From Podarcis filfolensis (lineage: Eukaryota): a DNA stretch of 64,000 nt. The number at the start of each line of letters is the position of its first letter. The first letter of the stretch is position 1. Positions 26,846 to 39,683 of this stretch are shown here, one piece after another. The translations under genes and the position numbers were made by a program. The stretch lies in the NCBI GenBank assembly GCA_964270895.1, contig OZ185436.1; one strand, 5' to 3'. A model generated the notes under the pieces. That model saw only the letters and a list, made by a program, of their open reading frames with translations, was not told where the DNA came from and ran no database searches.

Positions 26846-27342
26846 TGTGGCAGAATTTGGGGCAAGGGGAAGTAAGCTGTATGCAGAGACCCTTCTAACC
26901 CCTGGACCCAACAAGTGTTAATATATTAACCAGGTTAGCTTCCCATGTTGAGGTGGTAGCCCAGGTGATGGGCCATTAAGGGATAGAAGAAAGTGGATCT
27001 GTGTGAAACGGCAAGTGGGTTGGCCAGGCAAAGGTGAGAGTTGAGAGTTCAGTGCTGTGAGCCAGAGGAAAAAGCAGCAAGCTGAAGAGAGTCAGAGCAG
27101 TGTTTGGTTTCTGTTTGATTCCAAGGCTGTGGCTATGGGAAGAAACACGGCCGTTTTGGGGTGTTAATGCTGTGAATCTCTCCATTGTAGGCTCCAGTTG
27201 TATATATGTGTAAATAAACCATATATCATAAAGACACCACAGTCTCCACTGTGCCTCATTTCCAAAGGAAACATGAACCCTGGTAAGCTCCTGGAACCCC
27301 CTGGAACCTTACACCACTTGGCAGTTGGGTTGGCGTGCAACA
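26846..27342 (+). mobile_element. Probable solo LTR (~500 bp)
   Basis: TGT...ACA ends, a purine-rich U3-like part, and AATAAA followed by a CA/TC-rich U5-like part. No TSD resolved, so boundaries are tentative. Confidence 0.5.
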
Positions 27343-27714
27343 ATATCGCCCTTGCTCCCCCCCAAAAAATCTCTTTCAAACTTATCTTTTGGGAATTCAG
27401 CTTAGCTCAGCTGAAGTTTCAGTGGTACTGAGTAGTGGAGCAGCATTGCTTTCCTACGTTGTTCAAATGGTGCTGCTATTCTTGTGCTGGAGCAGCACAG
27501 GACACATTTCATTCATAGAGGCCACATTCCGATCTTCAGTGCAAAGTGTGCTTAGCACCATCTAACAAGGTTTTCCGTAGGTGAATTTTCATCCACATTT
27601 CATTATGCTCAAACATTTTATACTATCAGGCTGAGACAACAAATTCTCTGATGGAAGCTTGGTTTTGAAAAAGTAATAGATGAAAAACAATCATGATTTA
27701 TAGTGCTTAGTTCC

Positions 27715-27717
<3 letters not shown>

Positions 27718-27748
<31 letters not shown>
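27718..27748. repeat. (AG)15 microsatellite
   Basis: Read directly from the sequence. Confidence 0.97.
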
Positions 27749-27751
<3 letters not shown>

Positions 27752-27998
27752 GCCTAGATGAACAGGAAGATTGTTTTACGATTCTGTATAGGGGATATGT
27801 CTATAAACCTTTAAAAATGTTATAGTGAGTGTTCTGGGCCAAATTCAGCTCTGGTATTTCAAAGTTCAAATTATGGGACTTGTAGCAGGAATTGTTTTGT
27901 AAGATATCCAGCCAATACAAGTATTCATATATTAAATGTATATTTATGTCTTGAAGGATATATGCATATATCTCATGAAGTTCTAGTACATTCACTGC

Positions 27999-28401
27999 GT
28001 CTGTGGATGGGGAAGAATTCTGGCTTGGTTTGAATTTTTATGAAAACATAAGATACATCCCCAAACCATATGTGAACCAAAACACAGCCATTCTTTGAAA
28101 TTTGCACTTCTCCAAATTTTGATACGTAGTTCTTTAACCACATAATATATACAAACTGTATATATTAAGGGGCAGTGTGCATAAAATGCATACATTAGGG
28201 GAAATGACTTGCAAAAATGTACGTCAGGCAAAATTGCAGGCATAAATGTGTGTTTCAGGAGAAATTTGCACAATAATGTTGAATTTTCAAAGGACTTTAA
28301 AATTTTTTTTCACAAACTGAGACAGGGATGTGGAGAGCTGAACTTAAGACAGGGAACATTAGAAATGTATAGAAACTGAAATTAGCAGATGTATCCATTT
28401 C
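27999..28401. mobile_element. Degraded squamate interspersed repeat (DNA-transposon-like)
   Basis: Contains the recalled motif series GAACCAAAACACAGCCAT...GAAATTTGCAC...GGCAAAATTGCA...GAACTTAAGA with weak GGATG/CATCC termini. The family cannot be named reliably. Confidence 0.45.
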
Positions 28402-28829
28402 TTATTGGGATTACTCAGGAGCAAGCTATTTGAAGCCAGAAACCATTCTATGACTATGTGGCATATGAATAGTGACAAAATCTTCACATGAGCCAATTGT
28501 ATCTTTCTTTGACAGAATGACTCTGCATGTCATGCAGTTCCGTAGGCCTAGAGTGACCTTCCCTTCTCAGTTCACCAAGCCACGTATCTCCCTAAGTCTG
28601 TTCTCCAGTTCACAAAACCATTTCCCTTTCTTTCTTTCCTCATGCCTGTTCTCAATACTTAGCAAACCCTACCCACATTGTGTCACCATATGATTCCTTT
28701 TGTCTTCAGTCCCACTTCATCTACCATGACTGCTCTCACACCCCTGTTTTGTCTTTCTAGTTCAGATTGCAAGCCTTCCAAGAAGGAATTGTATCATTTT
28801 CCATCTTCTGTACAAGACCTAGAATGTTT

Positions 28830-29015
28830 GTGCTAGAGCCAATATGAAGCAGATGTGGGTTCAAATAGCGACTTAGGCATACACTTGGTGGGTGAGTGGA
28901 CCAGTTATTATCTCTCAGCCCACCCCTTTGTTCAAGATATAAAATAGGGTAATCACCAGGTGTATTCTATGAGGTCCTTGGAGGAAGGCTGGTATAGTCT
29001 GAAGCTGTAATAAAG
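28830..29015 (+). mobile_element. Old MIR-like SINE
   Basis: GGGTTCAAAT...CCAGTTATTATCTCTCAGCC...GTCCTTGGAGGAAGG. Confidence 0.4.
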
Positions 29016-30869
29016 AAATAGATTCTGCTTACGGTTGAGCTATACAGTCTGGTTTTTTGTTTTTTTTGTTTTTGCAAATGCATTCTGCAAAACCTACTCT
29101 TTGTAATAGCATTTATGGACCTCTTTTAGAGGAGCAGGAGAAGGAACAAAGCAAAGTTTGCCTGTCTTCACTCTGCACAGTCTTGAAGATAAATAGTAGA
29201 CAGAATGTCTGAAAACAAGCAGAAAGCAGACATCTACAAGACTGTTTGCCCTTGAATGAGGTTTGTGAAATCTTGAGTAGTTTGCCAGCTGGCCAGTTTT
29301 CTTTTTGTATTGGGTTTGTTTCTTGGGTTTTGTTTTATGCCATTTTATCTTTGCCTAGTGTTGGTAGATGCCATGGCAATGAATGACTTGTAAATACACA
29401 CAGGAGCAGAGATTAAGGATAGCATAAGGATGCTGCTGTTTTGCTGCCCTGAACAAGAAAAAGCTACTTTATATGTCACAATTATTCATGCTATTTTAAA
29501 AATAAATAAAAAAGGACTAGATTAACATCAGAATAACCAATTTGGCTAGTTCATATAACGTTTTATAAAGTTCAACAGGCCAATCTGACTTGAAAAACAG
29601 TGATATTCCCCTGGGGACACTTTGGGAATTAGCGACATACTGTAGAAGAAAATGTAAATAATGAAAGAGCAAAGAGCAAGGTCATTGAGAACACAGCCTG
29701 TTAACAGAAGGCTCTTAATATTGAATCACTGCATCTCCATAAATTCTGTCAGCAGAAAAGTCATAATCTCTGAGATGCAGAAATGGGTCGAGCAATGTGG
29801 CTTGGATGTTTTGCCGATGTTAAATTGATTGTGGCTGCATTCCTGAGCAATCTTACTTGGCAGTAAAAAGTCCCATTCAAAGAAATTGAGTTTACTTCCA
29901 AGTAAATGTTTTCAGGGTCAAAGTGCCAGGGAAATAAAATTTCCAGATGATAATACCTGTAAGCAATTGGTTGGAATGGTTAGTTAAATATAATGGTATT
30001 GGCTCAACAACAACTACTTTATTACTGAAACGTGTAGCAATCGCTAGTGGAACTGTTGCATTTCTAAGGCATTAGCAGAGCATCTCTGCATTCCTTCTGA
30101 GCTCAGATGGTATTCTGCGCTCAAGCAGTTGGGTGAGATAGTTGTTTAGTTCTGCGCTATTTCACTCATAACTAACCGGGACAGTTTAATCAAGTGAACC
30201 AAAGGTTAGTGAGGGGAAGCTGGAATTATAATTTAAAAAGCTAGGGTATAATTAGATAATTGGAGAGGACAGCATAATATTGGGCCATAGGAGTGAAGAA
30301 GAAATGTAGCTCCTTTCCAGTGCAAATGAAAGTCATGTCTCAGAGGCTCTGCATGTGCCTAAGCTCACCAGGACCTAGGAGGAACAGCTGTGCACATGTC
30401 ACGCTCTTGACACACGATGCCAGCACTGACACTAGAAGGCAAGGAACAACTTTCCCCCTCCCTCTACCAAAAAAAAAGCACTTGGCTATCCAGCAGCCCT
30501 GATCTGTGCATGGTGGACTGTACCAAGGTGGGCATATGAGTCACTCCATTCCCTTTGGTATGTTCTAAACAGGTACTTAAAATACTTGGATCCTTATTCT
30601 GTATTAACACATGGGGGTTGCTGGGGAAGGGAAGCATCCAATGCAAAACAAAAACCAAAAAAAGAGAACCAATCTCAGGATCCTGAAGAAAGAGCAGTGC
30701 ACTTCTTATTAATACCAGAACAGACCTTCCTGGAAGGATTTTCTACAAGATATGGGACAACAACTAATAAACCATCATTAAAACATATAAAAACCTATTA
30801 AAAAGGAACATAAAGTTCTCATTGCCACCATTCGCATAGAACTCCATAGTCAGTAATACTAACCTTTTT

Positions 30870-30973
30870 TTCTATGTTTAGGGCAGTTTTTAATATTTAA
30901 TGCTGTATTGTTTTTAACACTCGATTGGGAGCCCCCCAGATAGGCGGGGTATAAATAAATTATTATTATTATT
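30870..30973 (+). mobile_element. L2-type 3' tail ending in (ATT)n
   Basis: TTTAACACTCGATTGGGAGCCCCCCAGA...GGCGGGGTATAAATAAATTATTATTATT. Confidence 0.55.
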
Positions 30974-31764
30974 AACATTTCAACTTGGATATTTTGCCCA
31001 TAAAAACACCTGTTTTGAAAACACTGCAGACAAAACTCCTAAAGACCCACAGAAAAATACACAACTTTATATATTAAGTCTCAAAACTTAGTTGGCCTCA
31101 ATTTTTAATTAAAACAAATTCAGGGGCCATCTTTAAATTTCCATCTTTTCAATGGCAGCAAAGTTTGTCTAAGCCAAGCTTGGTATTGCTTCAGGGACTG
31201 AAATGAGAGGTGAACTTGTAAAGCCCCCAAACTTTTTTGTAGCTCAAGTCAGAATTGAAATAGGAAGGAAGGTCTTGCCTAGCTCCTTGCTCACACATTT
31301 CTGCTGCTGGTAGCAGTACAGGGAAGTCTTAATTAGTTAAAGTCTCCAGAATTTCTAGCAAAATTTAACAGCTCTCTTAGAAATGTGAAATGACCTTCAA
31401 AGAATGTCAAGCATTTGCCAAAGGAAGCCCTGAATAGACTTCTAGGTTTTGGCAGCTGTGTTCTAAAAACTCGGCAGGTAAAAAATGACCACCAGTGAAG
31501 TCTATCCAAATGGCCTATTTCTTCACCCTTGCAATACACTCCCAGCAGATTCAAATGGAAACATTCGGATTGGTAAATGTGTACCTTTTGAGGATAATAC
31601 TAAGATCCCTGTAAGTCATCACACACACACACAGCTGAGCTTTGATTGTGTGCTAAATCTGTGAGGAACTGGTGCCAAGATTATTCTTAACTTCATTTCT
31701 CATGACTTTCCATGTGCCACCCAAAGTTTTGTTTATTACAGAGTTGCATGGCATTGCATCCATG

Positions 31765-32290
31765 ATCCATTTAGACCAGCTTTCTGTTCTTGCAGTGGCC
31801 AATCAGATACCAATGGGAAGCCTGAAAGCAGCACCTGAGCACCACAGCACTCTCCCCACTAGCTATTCCTGGTAACTACCATTCAGAGGCATAGGAAGTA
31901 GAACACAGCCATCATGACTAGTAGCCATTGATAGCCTTATCCCCCATAAATATGTCTAATCCTCTGGATAAATCTACGTAAGCTCCTTTATCATCTGTCC
32001 TAATATCTTCCCTACTATCGAAGTCAGTGTGACTGGGCTGTAGTTTCCCTGATCTCCACTCCCTCCTCTGGCTTTTTGAAGATTGGGCCATTTGCCTGTG
32101 TCCAGTCCTGTGATGCATCACCCAGGACCCATTTCAAAAAATGATAGACAGAGGTTCTAAAAATGCATTAGCGGTGTTCTTTAGTACCTAATGATGCTGT
32201 TCATCTGGCCTCAAAGACTTGAACTCATTTAAAGTAACTAGTATTATCTGACTGACTTCTTCTCATTCTTGAACTGCAATTCTGACCCAC
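31765..32290 (-). mobile_element. CR1 LINE remnant: early RT segment joined to 3' end
   Basis: The minus strand encodes PIFKK...GDQGNYSPVTLTSIVGKILGQMIKE (CR1 motif PIFKKG..DPGNYRPVSLTS). It is followed almost immediately by CR1 3'-end sequence (AGAGGATTAGAC...GGCTATCAATGGCTACTAGTC...CCACTGCAAGAACAG). Confidence 0.8.
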
Positions 32291-33063
32291 CCACCCTCCA
32301 TACCAGTTGTAGAAGTGGCAAACAGTTGTCCTTTTTGGAGATGATTCAGGCAAAAATTGAGCAGTTTTATATAATCCTAGTTTAAAATCTCCACATTTTA
32401 GTATGTTTATTCGTTGAAGAACAAACAATGGAAATGAAGTCAAATTAATTTTATTTTTTCCCTCAGTGAAAAAAACCCCATAATTTTTTGTGAGTTAATC
32501 TGTTATCTCCCCTTGCCTGATAACCTTTAAGCTATTTCTCCTTTAGGCAAGTGATTGGGAATGCGTTTTATTGCTCTTGAAACAAAGTATTTCAGTCTGA
32601 AGAATGTAATTGGTGTGATTTACTACATTTTAAACATACAGGCAAGAGACTCCAAGATATTGCACTTAGGAATAGTAGACAAAGAAGAACTCACTGAACC
32701 TGAGCAGAATTGTTTTCTTTCTGTTACAGAAGGAAAATATACTTTATCTCTCTCTAAGTGCATTTTTGTTTATAATGTACTATAAAACCTAAAAGTGTCT
32801 ATCATTCAGGTAATTGAAAAAGGAATGTGCCAGAATGAAAAGATGCTATATTAACTACTGAATGCATTTAAAAGGACAGGGTTTCCGGTGATAAACTTCT
32901 TGTTTCTATCCTCAAGTAAATTTCAACTCTTACCATGCAATCCTATGCATGTCTACAAAGAAATAAGTCCCGTTCAGTTCAAAGGGCTAAATTTCCAGGT
33001 AAGTGGGTAAAGGATTGCAGCCTTACAGTGCAGCCTATAGTTCAGTGGGTTTTACTCCATGCA

Positions 33064-33088
33064 TGTGTGTGTGTGTGTGTGTGTGTGT
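33064..33088. repeat. (TG)12 microsatellite followed by ACAT repeats
   Basis: Read directly from the sequence. Confidence 0.95.
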
Positions 33089-36000
33089 ACATACATACAT
33101 ATATGATAGATGTAGGAGGAGCCCTCTAACAGCAACACCACCACTTAGGACTGCCATTATAGTCTCATAGCAGTAGGAGCATCCTTGGCAGGAAAGCATG
33201 GAAAGTTTGGGTGATTCTTCCACTGAGTACCAGTTAACCAAATAAATAAAGGCCAGCAAATTAAATGGACTAAGTTCAGAGTTCCTGGTCATAGGCTACC
33301 TCCAATGAAATCGAAGAAATCAGTTGAGCAAAAGTGTGGCATAGGCAGAGGCATGAAGCAGATCTGTGGCAAGAAGCTAGACTTCAACTATGACCACCAG
33401 CCACAGAGTTTCCAGGTTGTTCATACTGCAAAACAAGCCTGACTTGGAGGCTTTGGTAGAGTTAGATCTTAGTACATGACCTCCTCTGTCCTATTTCTAT
33501 CGAATGGGTTGGTCTTGCTGCTTTCCCGAACATCCTCTCCTTTTTCAGAAGAAGAAGTGCCAAAAAATAGTTTGGGTGGTGTACAGGTTGACTGTGCACC
33601 TGACATACCTCAGGCGGAGGATTTGATTCCTGATGCCTGGTCACAGATGTGGCTGGAAAAACTCATCATATGAGCCTTTGACAAATGACACTTTCAGCTA
33701 CGTAGATCAGACAGGTGCAGGTGCTTTCAGTAAAGCAACACAGCTCCTGGTCCACAGGGGAAAGCAAGAGAGCATTCCCAGCTGAAAGAAAACTTCCTGT
33801 GGAGAAGCTTCTGGAAGGGAAGCTGTAAAGGAGATGGACAGATGATGAACACAAGAAAAGACTGGGAGAGTGGGAGAGGTTTGCCTGCGCTTTGGGTTTT
33901 CAACAAGACATGCCTGTAGCAAGCTGGTCATCTGCATTTGCCCAGAGCAACAAGTGGAAGTTGTTTTGTGCTTTTCATGGCAAGCTTCAACTGCACCAAT
34001 ACAGACCACTATCTGTACCTTTTTGCTAAAGCAGCATCCAAAGTATAGGGAGCACAGCCAGGACTGTCCTGGGATGGGGGACAGTAAGTAGCCTGTGTCA
34101 GTAAGAGTGCTGGGGTTGTATTCAAAGACCTGTATTTAGGTTTCCATGAAGGCAATTACCTGATAAAAAACCAACAATATAAATAAAGCCTCTCAAAGCA
34201 ACATAAACTGGTTTTAACATACGATGTTTACCATAGCACATATAGACATAAGAGATTTGTATCCTTTGCTAAGCTAATGCTTAAAACTGAGATGACGATG
34301 ATGAAAGTATACCATTGTGTCTTTTCAACAGAGAGATAGTGTTTCAATTTGTAAACATTATATGTTTGACTCTTACCCTCACAAACTGCAGACTTTTAAA
34401 GACATTAAGTCTGCCAAATTATAGCCACTTATTTTGGCTTGATCTATTTTCAGCTAAGAGCCATAGAGAGGGGCTGCCAAACTTGTTTCTTTTCATTACC
34501 TGTTCTATGTCTGGCTTAAAGTTTAGATTTTAGAAAATGGAAAAAAGCTGTTTGTGAAATCACAAGGCTCTAGAGCTCTTAGTTTCCTCTTAGTATCAAC
34601 GTTTATTTATTTAGTTTTGGGCTGGGTTTCAAACAGCCAAAATTGGAAACAGAGAAGGTGACTCTGAATATCATTTATCTGTATGTAAGCGAACATTCAA
34701 TGTACATTTAATTTAAAAAATTGCTGTTTCCTACGAGAGGGAGATATTTTTCACATTGTTAAAACATTTTTAGAGGTCACTAGGTGGTCATGTCACCAGC
34801 AGGGAGTTCTTGCTTGGCAGGCTGCATTAGCAGTTAGTAACAAATGCCTCCCAAGATTCTGCGTTCAAAAGGAGTTGCTTTGCAAGCAACAAATGCTTAC
34901 AACCTGAAAACTGAAGAATAAAAAGTAGCAACAAGGGAAAAATGTTTGGAAATGTAAAACAGCATCTTTAGTGGCCAAATTGGACTGTTTGGGGAGTTGA
35001 AGATTACATGTCTACTTTAAACTTCAGTTTAGAGTTTACAGAAGCAATAATATCTTAACTACCTCACTTGGAAGTCACCATTACCAGCTATTGGACCACT
35101 GTTAATGTGTGCTTTGCTGCATGGGCTGAGAATTGGAATATATTTTTTCTTAACTTTCGCTCCTTTGAAGTTTTCAGTGATCTTTAATAGATTCTGATTT
35201 TTTCCTGTTTCAGTTTGGATTAATAGCTGATAACAAAAGAAACCTCAAACATGGAGCTTAAAATATGTGTGGTTTGCTTCCTTGAGAATAAATTGTTTTT
35301 TCAGAGTTCAGGGGCTGCATTATATTGCAGACAGACAAATTCAGATATTCAGAATATCTGGAGAAGAAAGTGCTAAAAATATAGCTGGAAAATTCCTGTA
35401 TGCAAGATTGAGACTCTGTGCATGTGGAATATTTCTGAATGTTATTGTTGCATTGGGAATAATCCTAAGTGTGCAGTTCAATTTTCTTTGAATGCAATTG
35501 TCATTATTATGTATTAGATCAATTTTATTCTCTACCATAGGAACAAGTGATTGAAAACCATGGCTTCACCAAGGTGAAGGAAAGGGATCTTGGCAACAAA
35601 GGAACAAACTGGACCATTGGTCCATCTGCCTCAGTATACTGACTGGCAATAGGTCTCCAGTGTTTTAAAGAGGAGCTTTTCCCGACCCTATCTAGAGATA
35701 CCCTTCAGGCACTATGTGAATTCAGTGCTTAACAGATTCCAGGGCTTGGCCAAAAAGATGGAACAGCTCTGGATGTTAATTTTTGTCTGACACGTTTTGT
35801 AGAAGATAATTCATTGACTTTTTATTGGTGTTCTATTAAGATTTAGCTGGACTAGCATGTGAGCTTCTTTAACCATTGTTTTTTTCTCCTTTCTCCATTC
35901 TCTCCCCTCTTATTAAAAAATATATATGAACAAGTTTAAGTTGCAATTCTGTCCACACTTACCTGGGAGTAAGTTGCTCTCTGCTTGGGATAAAGATCTG

Positions 36001-36881
36001 TCATCTGTCTTACAATGAAATCTGCAGCAGTGTGAATATCCATGGCTGTTTGCTTGGTTTTCTGACTTCCCCAGACATATTTTTTCCATTTATATACATG
36101 TAATATACATTTATATACATGTACATATTATATACATAATAAACACAACAGCCATTTATTAAGAATTGTGTTGATTCTGCAGTTTCAATTATTTCAGGTC
36201 GCCATTGCTATTCTCCCACCGTTAGTGTTTAAAGGATGGAGATTCTGCTCATTTAAAGGACACCTTGAATAGTATGGCTGGTGCTTTAAGTAAAAGCTCC
36301 CAGGCTATAGGCCACGCAACACTTGACAAGTGCTCTTTTGCCTGCCTAATGCTAGCACTCTTAATACTAATGGAAACAAGAGTGATAGAGCCTGGCGGCA
36401 GGCCTTTATGCTTGATACACCTTACCCAAGTGAATGGAGATGCATTAGTATTAAACCGAAGCAAGCAAAATCCTATGTGGTGGGCCTTGTTTTACACAGC
36501 TGCTCCATTGTCTAAACTTGAAAAATTCCACAGCTCAGCTCCATACTAATTTTAAGTGGGGAGAGAGAGGATAATCCCTTTGTTCAATTGCTCTGCGCTA
36601 TTCAAAGGAAGATGACAAAATGCTATTAGTTAAAGATGTGGCGTGGGGCTTGTTTGTTTGGGTTGGCTTAGTGTGGCGTACTTAAAGGCATCACAATAAA
36701 ATAATAACATTAAAACCCGTAAAACTCAACATGAAACAAGCAATGTCACAACAGCCATAAACATTCTCTCACTAAAAGACCAAAGGACAAACCACTTCCA
36801 ACAGGCCTATAATAGCCTCTGAACAACCCCTTTGAAAAATGTAGGCTTTACCCTGCTTATAAAACACCAGAAGAGACATCC

Positions 36882-36885
<4 letters not shown>

Positions 36886-36929
<44 letters not shown>
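36886..36929. repeat. (AC)22 microsatellite
   Basis: Read directly from the sequence. Confidence 0.98.
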
Positions 36930-36933
<4 letters not shown>

Positions 36934-37218
36934 GGTTAAGCTTACTGAGCTCAGATATGAGTTTCAGGGACTCATAAACCTTAGCTGAAAGAAGGGGCAA
37001 GCTTTGCATGGCCCGAGTTTTGCAAAATAGTCACCTTCACAGCAGCAAGAACGTAGGTAGCAAAAAATTGAAAGCCAGCATCTGGCTACAGTCAGTGACT
37101 GGATCCGCAATCTGGCAGATTGCACTAGCTGGGAAAAAAGCCCACACTTAAAATAGTTAAAATTTAATTCATTTTGTCAGAATGTTACCTAAACGAGATA
37201 ATTACATGGATCCCTGTT

Positions 37219-37542
37219 CAGGGGCAGACCTAGGTAATAATGACTCCCTGGGTGAGGCCAAAATTTGACAATGCCCCTCCCCAATCTTTGTGGTGCCTTC
37301 CCAAAAACAGGTAAGGGTGGTGTCAGACTTTGGGAAGGAGCTGTGAGGCTTGGGCAGGGTCTTAGAGTCCTCCTACCTCTGTCCAAAAGCTGGGCAAGCA
37401 CTAGCTAGGCTTGGGGAAGAAGGCCTCTAGGACCCTGGCAGAGCCCTCATGCCTCCTTCCCAAATCCCAGGAAGGCGCCCCCTTGTCCCCGCGCCATGTG
37501 TGGGGGAACCGGTTGTGCCTCCCTAAATCTACGTCTGCCCTG
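37219..37542. mobile_element. GC-rich TIR-bounded element (probable non-autonomous DNA transposon)
   Basis: CAGGGGCAGACCTAG at the left and CTACGTCTGCCCTG at the right are near-inverted. No TSD found. Confidence 0.4.
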
Positions 37543-38544
37543 CTTCCAGCTCTTTGGTGTATGATATTGTGTCAACCAGGCTTCAGCCACCAGCTTTACA
37601 AACTTCTTTTTTGGACTGGGTAGAAACAAAAACATATTATATAAGAGGTGTGTGTGTGTGTGATACTACTGTTCATATATTTTATGAGTATACAAAACAT
37701 AAGGAACAAAATGGAATGTATGTGCACCAACCAACCACAATCATCTTTCTGCTCTCCACACACCCTGCTCCCTAAATTGCCTCCTCCTTCCCTTTCAATC
37801 ATTGCAGTAGCCCTTGGGGGAGAAATCCACCTCAAAGGCCACCAGGCTCTTTTCTTCTAGCAGCACATTAAAGAGGGAGAGATCCAATCTCCCTCCTTTG
37901 TCTTTCCTTATTAAGGCTGGAGTGCCAGTAATGCCACACCAAGGCTCATGCAGCACAGCCTCAGGTATAACTTAAATGGGAGGGGTGCTGCCCTATAAGC
38001 TTTCAGGAACCTTTCATTCATCTCAAGCATTTATTTGCACCTGTACACATTCAAGAGAGAATAGCCCCCAGAGTTATATATTATATATGGAGAAGGGTGT
38101 GCCTTATTTGGTTACCATACAGCTTTATCACTTTTTCCAGTCAAACAATTCAATAGTGAAGAATCATTCTTCTATGGCGTGTTAAAGAGAAAGTTCAACA
38201 AAACTGGGAAGCCTAATATTGACTTAAAAATAATAATAATCTCCCTACGTGTGGCTACTACTGATGGCTGCACAGAAGCTCCAGGAGATGCAGAATCCAG
38301 TTTCTCTGCAATGTAATAGGATATGGCCACTGGGAGTATATTATACAGTGTTTGTATAGTATGTAGTGAATTCAAGGAATACGTTTTGACCTAGAAGCTT
38401 TTGAATGGTTTTGGTCTGACGCTCCTCATGCTTTCTCTCTTACTTATTATTGCCATGTTAAAAGGGCAACTGAGAGTTAAATAATGCAATCTGTGGGCCC
38501 CAAGTTTTCTCTGTTTTCTCCCAAGTACATGCACTCAGGAGGCT

Positions 38545-38884
38545 CTGCCTAAATGCCTTATTTGTGGTGGACTTAAAGAACGTGAGGTCTGGAGGTGACA
38601 ATGTGAGAATGGGCCTTTTCTGTAGTGACTTCCCCTTTTGTGGAATTCTTTCTCCAGGGAGTTTCTCCTGGCACCTTCATTACATATATTTTAGGCACTA
38701 GTCAAAAACGTTCCTTTGGCTGATTAATATTCTACAATCTTTTAAATGTGTCCTTGGGAAGGAGGAGCTATTGTTTTGTTGTTTTCGTTTTAATTATTTA
38801 CCCATATTTTTCTCTTGTATTTTATTCTGTGATCTGCCTTGAGATCTTGTGATGAAGGGCAAGATATAATTTAATTAAATAAAT
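38545..38884 (+). mobile_element. L2 3'-end fragment, same family as 9282-10390
   Basis: Shares GAGAATGGGCCTTTTCTG...GGCACCTTCATTACATATATTTTAGGCAC...GATGAAGGGC with 10100-10370. Confidence 0.8.
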
Positions 38885-39631
38885 TTGATTATTCATTTGG
38901 GGAAAGGATCCCACTTCTCACTTATGTTCTAAGGTACTTCCTCTAAATTTTTGCAAATATACACGATGGCTATAGGCAACAATACTCTAACATATTTTAT
39001 CAGACATTGGCATTTGATATGTAGTAAGATTTGCCTTACCAATTGGCAAGTGCTACAGGAGGCTAAGCTATCCCACAGTAAGTGTTCAGCCTTGGATATT
39101 TTAGTCATCGCTACGGACTCCACATTTCGTATCCTTTTCTAATACACTTTCTATTCTTTCTTTGAAATATGATCCTTTTTCCAGTTCTTTAGCCGTGTAT
39201 GAGTCAGCCTGCCTTATTTTTGTTAATATTGCACTTTTGTACATGCTCTGTTTGTTCACAATCACCTTTGTGCTATTGCTAGAATTATTTCCACTTTCTT
39301 CCATTAAGCTTAGGTGTTTTTGGAACACCCCTTGTTTTGTTTTGGGAACATTGGAGTGTTTTAAAGTTTGGCTGCTCAACTTAGGGATAAATATCTTATC
39401 TCCTCCATTACTTTTGCCATAAGGACGCCAAAAAAACCCCTACTCTTGTTTATATTCCTAGGTTATTCATATAACCAGCCTTGAAGATTGGTCATGTGAT
39501 TCCAGGTTCAGGTGCAGCTCAGTTTATAAGTTTTTGCCTCATTCACACCTGTCTCCATATTCAGTGCAGGTGGCTAGCATTTTCCAGCCCATGTCGGCAC
39601 AGTACATTTATCAGTACATTTACAAACAGGT

Positions 39632-39683
39632 TAGAATCATAAAATTGTAGAGTTGGAAGGTGTCCTGAGGGTCATCTAGTCCA
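39632..39683 (-). mobile_element. Isolated CR1-type 3' tail (truncated SINE or CR1)
   Basis: The reverse complement reads TGGACTAGATGACCCTCAGGACACCTTCCAACTCTACAATTTTATGATTCTA, the same tail as 25970-26021. Confidence 0.75.
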
